Part shown: piece after piece, positions 1 to 6,900 of the stretch | Layout: each line of letters starts with the position of its first letter | Numbering within the stretch: position 1 is the first letter of the stretch | Assembly (NCBI GenBank): GCA_023260255.1 | Contig: JALQVV010000079.1 | Location: 1 to 48,479 of the forward strand | Source of the DNA: Candidatus Saccharimonadia bacterium | GTDB taxonomy: Bacteria > Patescibacteriota > Saccharimonadia > Saccharimonadales > Saccharimonadaceae | Direction of reading: 5' to 3' | DNA: 48,479 nucleotides | Position numbers and translations under genes: made by a program | Notes under the pieces: model-generated | Seen by the model: the letters and a program-made list of their open reading frames with translations, nothing else | Databases searched by the model: none | Told to the model about the DNA's origin: nothing

Positions 1-75
1 AAAAGAGACGCCGCCGGGGATAGTGAACAAGAAGTAGAAGCATTGCGTAAAGCATTCGACATACTTCAGAATTGA
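1..75 (+). CDS. 3' end of an upstream gene (partial, product not assignable)
   Basis: Frame 1 is open from the window edge (...EALRKAFDILQN) to TGA at 73-75. Only 24 codons are visible. Confidence 0.3.
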   Translation, partial: KRDAAGDSEQEVEALRKAFDILQN

Positions 76-85
76 TTTCTTGATT

Positions 86-120
86 ATACAAAATATGTCC
101 GATCAGACATAAAATGTATA
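86..120. promoter_or_regulatory. Conserved 35-nt block with near-palindromic core TGTCCGATCAGACA (96-109); candidate transcription-factor site
   Basis: 30/35 nt are identical to 46747-46781. The core is a perfect palindrome in the second copy. The block lies upstream of a plausible promoter. Confidence 0.45.
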
Positions 121-137
121 GTGTACGTATAAGTAAA

Positions 138-166
138 GTGACAAAAGCATAAACATTTTTTATACT
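138..166 (+). promoter_or_regulatory. Candidate sigma70-type promoter for the 175-1965 gene
   Basis: GTGACA (138-143), 17-nt spacer, TATACT (161-166). This would give a very short leader before the ATG at 175. Confidence 0.3.
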
Positions 167-174
167 GGTGACAT

Positions 175-1965
175 ATGAATGCCCTCCAGCTGAACTATTG
201 GCTGAAGCAGCACTGGAAGTTGCTGCTTATTTGTATTGTCGCTGTTATGGTGCTGGCCGAGGTGATTTTTCAGATTGTGTACCCGAGCAGTCGGCTCATA
301 CCTGGAACAACCGTTGATGGGTTGAATGTCGGCGGGTTAAAAGTCGCTGACGCTGCCAAAAAATTGGATGATGCCTACGGCGGGCTGAAGCTAAATATTT
401 ATTTTGGTGATAACAATGCAGCGTTTCAATCACCCAAAATGAGCGAAGTCGGTATAGGGGTTGATAATACTGCGCGGTTGTCGGTATTGAACTATCCATT
501 CTATCTGCGGATTATTCCAACATCGATTTGGTGGGCGCCAGCACTCAGTAAGCCAGGCGAGATCGCCTACACGTACGACAAAAACAAGATTGCTGACTAT
601 ACGACCAGTAAAGTGGGTGATGATTGTAGTATTCCACCACAAAACGCTAGCCTAAAACTCGTTGATAGTCAGTTGCAGTTGGTGCCATCGGTTGTGGGTG
701 GCAAGTGTGACATTACTGAATTTCAGCAAAAACTAGCCGAAGTAAAGCCAAATCCGGACGGTGATAACCAGGTGAGGATTGCGATCGATGCCACACCGGC
801 ACCGGTGAGTGATGATATGGCACGGGCGCTCGCAGCCAAATTAAACAGCCGGCTTGCAACGCCGATGCCGATCACTGTTGATACTGCGACTGACCAAATT
901 CCGGGGCGAGTCGTACTGAGTTGGCTGGACTTTACTGCTGTCGTGCCGGAGAAAACGATTGATAACAGCGCCAACCAAACGGCGAGCCTGAAATTCAGCG
1001 TTAATCAAAAACGCATGGAAGATTATCTGGACCAGGGCATTGCCGCCAAGCTCATTAAAAAGCCAGGTGTGAGCAAGGTAACGACGCTTGATTTTAAAGA
1101 AACGTCGCGCGTGGATGGGGCAAATGGCCGGGGAATTGATCTAGCCAAGACGTCGCAATCAGTTGAAGACTATATTAACAATAAAGTGCAAAAAGCCACG
1201 GGTGCGACGATGGTTGTCGGGCCGACGGTTGTCTATACACGTAGTTACACGCCAACGAGCAATGGATTTGCGGCGCTGCTTGCCCAGTACGCACAAGATA
1301 ATCCGGGGACCTATGCTATGGCATTTACCGAACTATCTGGTGTTGCTCATCCACGCAGCGCGACCTATCGTGGTGATGACAAAATGCCGACGGCGGGTCT
1401 TCACTCTCTCTACCTTGCCTACACCGATGTCATGGAAGAATATGCAGGCACCGCGCGGCCGGTCGACAAAATTAGTGGCGATACGAATGCTGCCGATTGT
1501 TTTAAAGATATGCTGCAGAAATTCGACGAAGGGTGCCGAATAGGGTTCTACAATTACTTTGGTCACGCAACGCTCACGTCACGTGCGAAGGGACTAGGGC
1601 TGACAAACACGGTGTTTGCTGGAGAAGATTCGCAGACATCGGCAAATGATGTACAAAAACTGCTCGTTGGTTTGTATAAAAACCAGATCGCTCGCATAGA
1701 AGGCGGTCAAAAAATCCTGAGTGCTATGCGGTCGATCCGTGAAAACGAAGGTATTCCTGCTGGCGCAGGTGCCGGACAGATATCGCATGTGATCGGTGAA
1801 TCCGATACGACGCATAATGATGCCGGGGTAATCTACAGTACTAATTACGGTGCGTATGCGCTGACGGTTCTAACGGATAATACGACATCATGGGACAAGG
1901 TGTCAGGGTTAGTCAAAAAGATCCAAGCCTTAAAAGCAGTCAAAATTCCACCAGATGCACGCTAG
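175..1965 (+). CDS. Membrane-anchored exported protein with a C-terminal class-A beta-lactamase-fold (serine-hydrolase-like) domain that lacks a recognisable S-x-x-K motif
   Basis: 596-aa ORF with an N-terminal TM helix (WKLLLICIVAVMVLAEVIF). The region after the TM resembles the YoaR/VanW-type putative peptidoglycan-binding segment (DGLNVGGLKVADAAKKLDD). The C-terminus shows class-A-like strings (GDTNAADCF, GESDTTHNDAGVIYS...YALTVLTDN). The position equivalent to S-x-x-K reads AGLHSLY. Confidence 0.55.
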   Translation: MNALQLNYWLKQHWKLLLICIVAVMVLAEVIFQIVYPSSRLIPGTTVDGLNVGGLKVADAAKKLDDAYGGLKLNIYFGDNNAAFQSPKMSEVGIGVDNTARLSVLNYPFYLRIIPTSIWWAPALSKPGEIAYTYDKNKIADYTTSKVGDDCSIPPQNASLKLVDSQLQLVPSVVGGKCDITEFQQKLAEVKPNPDGDNQVRIAIDATPAPVSDDMARALAAKLNSRLATPMPITVDTATDQIPGRVVLSWLDFTAVVPEKTIDNSANQTASLKFSVNQKRMEDYLDQGIAAKLIKKPGVSKVTTLDFKETSRVDGANGRGIDLAKTSQSVEDYINNKVQKATGATMVVGPTVVYTRSYTPTSNGFAALLAQYAQDNPGTYAMAFTELSGVAHPRSATYRGDDKMPTAGLHSLYLAYTDVMEEYAGTARPVDKISGDTNAADCFKDMLQKFDEGCRIGFYNYFGHATLTSRAKGLGLTNTVFAGEDSQTSANDVQKLLVGLYKNQIARIEGGQKILSAMRSIRENEGIPAGAGAGQISHVIGESDTTHNDAGVIYSTNYGAYALTVLTDNTTSWDKVSGLVKKIQALKAVKIPPDAR

Positions 1966-1995
1966 ATACCTCAGTTGATGAGGCGATGCTTCTTA

Positions 1996-2004
1996 TGCTA
2001 TGAT
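1996..2004 (+). promoter_or_regulatory. Extended -10 element TGcTATGAT for the 2041 gene
   Basis: The cttaTGcTATGAT context matches the same signature at 13461-13469 and 21926-21934. Confidence 0.3.
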
Positions 2005-2040
2005 AAAGCAAGCATCACGTAGAAAATGGAGTAAACATAC

Positions 2041-2625
2041 ATGGAGAACGGACCGTTTCGGGCGCCACGTCCAGTGGATAGGAGCGCCAATAACCGATCC
2101 GAAACCGTACGGCACGTAGCCGAACAACCGGAAGACACTATCGTGGAGACACCTCGTAAAACACAGCGCTTTACCCCTAAGGAGCCAAAGTCGAAAAAAC
2201 CGTACATCCTGGCGGCTGTTGCTGCAGTTGTGGTTATCGTGTTGGCGATTGTTGGCTGGATGCTACTCGGCAAACAGAGCGATAGCGCAACGGGTATTGA
2301 TAGTAGCAAATATCAAGCGGTGTTTTTCACCAACGGCCAGGTATACTTTGGTAAGCTCCAATCATTTAATAACGAGTACATGAAACTGACGGATATTTTT
2401 TACGTGCAGGCACAGCAAGATGCGAATAGCGATAAAAAGAATCCACAACAGACAAGCAGTGGAAACAACTCAGACAATCTTACGTTGGTAAAACTAGGTG
2501 AAGAAATTCATGGTCCCCAGGATGAGATGATTATTTCTAAGGACCAAGTGCTATTCTATGAGAACCTCAAGCCAGACGGTAAAGTATCGTCAACAATCAA
2601 GCAGTACAAAGATTCTCACAAGTAA
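2041..2625 (+). CDS. Hypothetical single-pass membrane protein
   Basis: 194-aa ORF with a charged N-terminus and one TM helix (YILAAVAAVVVIVLAIVGWMLL). A GGAG-like RBS lies upstream. Confidence 0.7.
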   Translation: MENGPFRAPRPVDRSANNRSETVRHVAEQPEDTIVETPRKTQRFTPKEPKSKKPYILAAVAAVVVIVLAIVGWMLLGKQSDSATGIDSSKYQAVFFTNGQVYFGKLQSFNNEYMKLTDIFYVQAQQDANSDKKNPQQTSSGNNSDNLTLVKLGEEIHGPQDEMIISKDQVLFYENLKPDGKVSSTIKQYKDSHK

Positions 2626-2646
2626 GAGAGGCCTGGTGCGTCTGCC

Positions 2647-2838
2647 ATGCTAAAAATGAAAGGCCCGACAATGAGCCGTCCGCTAAGGATGCTCATAGGT
2701 ATTGTTATTGCGATCGCCGTCATAGGAGGCTTAGCAGGGGGAGCACTCGCGACATATAATTGGTATGAACATAATTTTGATGGTACACCCCAGTCGGTGA
2801 CGACGATCAAGAGTCAACCCAAGACCGAAAAGAAATAA
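2647..2838 (+). CDS. Small hypothetical membrane protein
   Basis: 63-aa ORF with one clear TM helix (MLIGIVIAIAVIGGLAGGALA). Several in-frame ATGs make the start uncertain. Confidence 0.45.
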   Translation: MLKMKGPTMSRPLRMLIGIVIAIAVIGGLAGGALATYNWYEHNFDGTPQSVTTIKSQPKTEKK

Positions 2839-2842
2839 TCAA

Positions 2843-3949
2843 TTATTTTAGTGACTCAGCGTAAGCTGCCCAGGACTTGTCGTCAATTTTCCCGGTGGAC
2901 TTCATCAGGATTAGCAGGCTATCCTTTGCCAAGATGACCGACTGAGGGCCTTGTGTAGAAGTACCAACGTACATCGTTAGGCTGTCGTTTGTGATTTTGT
3001 CGGTGGCGGAATAGCTTTTGGCGAGTTCGGCAATACTTTTGTCGACATCTGGCTTGAACGAATCGGGAAGTGGCTGCTGACTAATATTCACTTTCACACC
3101 GTCAATGGTGTCGGCATAGGCAAATACGGGCGCCCGGTCGGGTGGGCTGACGCGGTGCCATCCACCCAGCGATTCGATAGATTTGTCACCGGGCAGCATA
3201 GTTGCATATTCAGGTTTTTGATCGGTTTTGGTTGACGTGACAGTTCCGGGTTGAGTTTTGTTCACACCGGGCAATCCGGGTACAAAATGCCATACAGATG
3301 CACTAACGATAGCGACTGCTACAATACCGATTGCAATGATACGGCGGCGCGTCCAGTGAATGGCCCGGACTTTGGTAACAAGTTGATTGACTGTCGGTAA
3401 TTTGGATAGCGCTGGCAGTTTAGGCACTGATCCGAAATTGATATTGATCTCTATGGATTTGGCCGCTTCTGTTGCTGCGATTGGGCGCGGGGAGGGTGGT
3501 GTTTGTATGGTGGCCTGCTGCGCTGCAATGTGAGCGTGGGTGGATGTGGGACTCGTTTTGGCAGGCGGAGTACCGGGATGCACCTCATCTTCGAGGTCGG
3601 CCTGTAGCGCCCATTTTAGGTCATCTTTCCAGGCAAGGAATTTTTTGTGGCGCAAAAACTCATAGGCCCGACGTGGTTTGTTATCTGGATGTTTGATATG
3701 GAATGCTTGAGCGATCCATACGCCCAGCACGTCGCGGAGGCTTTTGTCGTCGTCCTGTTGACTGATAGGGATATCGTCAAACCCAAGATCTTGACGAACA
3801 TCGGCGAGTGACTTGGGGCTTGTGGGCGACGGCTGGGGTGGTGGGACAGCTGGCGAAGGGCTAACCTGACGAGCAGGTGCAGCAATGCTTCCACGAGGAC
3901 TGTGGTTGCGGTGCGGAACTTGCAGATCTCTTGTACCCATTTGTTTCAT
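2843..3949 (-). CDS. Proline-rich single-pass membrane protein (hypothetical); last gene of the giant surface-protein operon
   Basis: 368-aa ORF starting 14 nt after the stop of the 1918-aa gene. It has a Pro-rich cytoplasmic N-terminus, one TM (IIAIGIVAVAIVSASVW) and an extracytoplasmic C-terminal domain. Confidence 0.75.
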   Translation of the reverse strand: MKQMGTRDLQVPHRNHSPRGSIAAPARQVSPSPAVPPPQPSPTSPKSLADVRQDLGFDDIPISQQDDDKSLRDVLGVWIAQAFHIKHPDNKPRRAYEFLRHKKFLAWKDDLKWALQADLEDEVHPGTPPAKTSPTSTHAHIAAQQATIQTPPSPRPIAATEAAKSIEININFGSVPKLPALSKLPTVNQLVTKVRAIHWTRRRIIAIGIVAVAIVSASVWHFVPGLPGVNKTQPGTVTSTKTDQKPEYATMLPGDKSIESLGGWHRVSPPDRAPVFAYADTIDGVKVNISQQPLPDSFKPDVDKSIAELAKSYSATDKITNDSLTMYVGTSTQGPQSVILAKDSLLILMKSTGKIDDKSWAAYAESLK

Positions 3950-3963
3950 TATATAACTTATCC

Positions 3964-6900
3964 TTAGTAATCGTATTTCGGTGTATCGAGTGGCGTCTGG
4001 ATACCGTTAATAAATGTGCGGCCATGCATTGAGCGTTGTGATGGGGCGGCGGTGTAGCGCAGGGATATGTCGGTGATTGTCGGTCCGCGAGAGGTATCAT
4101 CAGGGTAGCCGAATGAAGCTTGAGCATCGATCGACAAATTCAAGAAATAGTAGCGACCACAGGACATATTTGTCCCGCTGCTATCGAGTGGGGAGTAGGT
4201 TCCAAGTGAGCCCAGCGCCAAACTGCTGATTGTGGTTGTTTGACCCCAGTTGGACATTTGTGTCGCCGAACACTCAATACCAGGATCTCCGTTTGGATCT
4301 GTACCAAGACCGGGGACTCTGACACTTGGATCTGACATGGTCTGATATTTTAACTGCCAGCTCGAACCGATGGAGTTATCAATACCATTGACCAAGTAGC
4401 GTGTGGGGTAGACATCCGTGTCTGTATCGAATGCAATCGAGTATTTTGCTATTTGTGGCTGGGTAAACAGGGTGGTCTGCTGGACGTTTGGTGACACTGC
4501 TGCGTTTGGACAAAAGCCTCCTAGGAGGTAGGCCTTGCCGTTATTGTAGATACTGGCTGCTCCATATCGGGCCCCACTAAAGAAAGTATTTGTTTCAAAC
4601 CAGTTGCCAATTCCTGTGGGATTATTGCCCGATGCAATAGTTGTATTGGCGCTAATAGGTGCAACCATGGTTGATGCCGAACAAGCCGCTCCGTTTCGAT
4701 AGCCCCCCATGACATAAATGTAACCATTGGCTGCAAACGCATCGGGGAGTGTTAATCCAGCCGGAAGGGACGTTGAGAAAGTCCAGCTACCAATGTCACC
4801 TGTTGACGTATCTATTTTGGCGTACTGGGTATCGCTCAGATAGGTACCACCCACAGCGTTAATGCCTCCCAAGAGATAGAGATTATTTGCATAGGCAACT
4901 GCGGCCAGATTCATACGGCTAACACTAAAGGTGTTTGCGCTCGAAGTCCAAGCGGAGGTGATGTTTCCTCCTGAGTTAAGTTGAGGACTTATATAAACTG
5001 TATTGCAAACACTGTTGGTGCAAGACCCGCTGCGACCGCCTACGATATACATGCGGTTATTCCAGACGGCACCTCCAAAGAACGACCGTCCTTGGGGGAG
5101 ATTGTTCGAAGCGGTACTCCAACTCGTGATGTTGCCGTTACTTGCCGGTGTGGCGTAATAAACAGTTGATTCATTTGTCGAGTACCCGGCCGTGACGCCC
5201 CCTACGAAGTAGAGCGTACCGCCGACATTGAATAGTTTTCCTCCACCCAGTCCTTTAGGCAGACTTGCCGTTGTTGCGGACCACGTGCCAATAGCGCCAG
5301 TGGTAGAATCGATCTGGGCTCGCTGGACGTCAGAGGCAGCTCCACTACAGTCGTTGGCCGAAAAGGTTGTACACCCACCAGCCACATAGATATACCCATT
5401 CCATACCGTACTTCCTTGATAATAGCGAGCAGTCGTGTATGAGTTTGCGGCTGTGGACCATCCAGCTGGGGCACCACTATTGTTGTTATAGATATTAAAT
5501 CGCTCGACTGCCGTTGTTGCGGCTGAACAGTTCGTGAGGGTTGTACCAGTCGTACACCCGCCAATAATATACGCGTATGAATTGGAAACCGCGATGGCAA
5601 GGCCCCAGCGTCCGGTAATAGTGACGACTGATTGTCTCCAACCACTCGAATCAAGATTACCTGTGTCCGTGTTTATTTTTACGTAGCTGATATTATTTTT
5701 AATACCAGATGTTGCGTTGATCCCACCCACGACATACAAGTAGCCGTTGTAGGCAAACACGGAACTTCCACGGACTGCCGTTGATAGGGTCTGGGAAGAT
5801 TCTACCCATCCGCTTCCGACGGTAACGATATTGTTACTACTATTAAACTTTGCATAGCGTGTCGTGGCAAGTTCGGTTACTCCGGGTGCCGAGCCGCCGA
5901 CAAGATAGATGTAATTACCATAGATCGCCCCTCCGGCATAGCCAAGTCCTACGCCCGATGCTCCCGTAACTGTCCCAAGTTGCAATTGGCCAGAAGTGCT
6001 ACAACCACCGACGGCTCCACTTGCGGTAATGTTACATCTGTATACGTTTTGGGTATATGTAGTACAGCCAGGCCCGCTTGCGGTAGTACAGCCGCCTATG
6101 ATGTACATATATGCTGGGTTTGAACCGGCGCCGGCTGGATTGGCCCGCACCGCAGCATAGGTATACTTCACCGATGTGGCGCCGATGGAGGTCATTGTGT
6201 CTGCTGACCAGGCGCTTAAGGCACCCGTACTCGGTGTGACCGTCGCACGGTATATCGTGTTTTTCAATGCGGCGCCTGACGACCCTCCCACAAGATAAAT
6301 TGCGTCATTGTACACAACCGGTGCCGCTGCGGACATGCCGCCCGATATTGTTGCAGAGAACACACACCAACCGCCTGTTGCTGATGACCCCGATGGACAA
6401 CTTGCGGGCTGCACGAGATCCCCCGTTGCGGAGACTTGGGTAAATGCAACACCCCCTGAGGTTGCCGAGCAGGCGGTGTTGGTACAGCCGCCAATGACAT
6501 ACAGGTAGCCATTACTGACGACAGTTGTGTTTAAGTAGTAGCCAACCGATCCAGTTGCAGGGAGGTTACAGTTTGCTGGTGTCGTACCGGTGCAAGGTGC
6601 TGCACCGCTTGCAGCTGACGTAGTGATAGTTGAGACGTCGCCATCTTGTTTGATGGTGCCGTAGCTAATACCGTTTTGCGCTCCACCACTACAGACGCCT
6701 GTTGTTGCGCTTTGTTGCGAGCAGCCGCCAAGACTGTAGAGGGTATCCCGCCAGGCGAGCAAGTTGACACCCATGGCTTGCTTTGTCACACCGCTGACTG
6801 TGGACCATGTACCGAGGCTGCCATCGGCATTAATACTGGCGATTTGCGTATCGGATAATGTTGTCGTGCAATAATTACTCCCACTGTCGGTAACGGAGCA

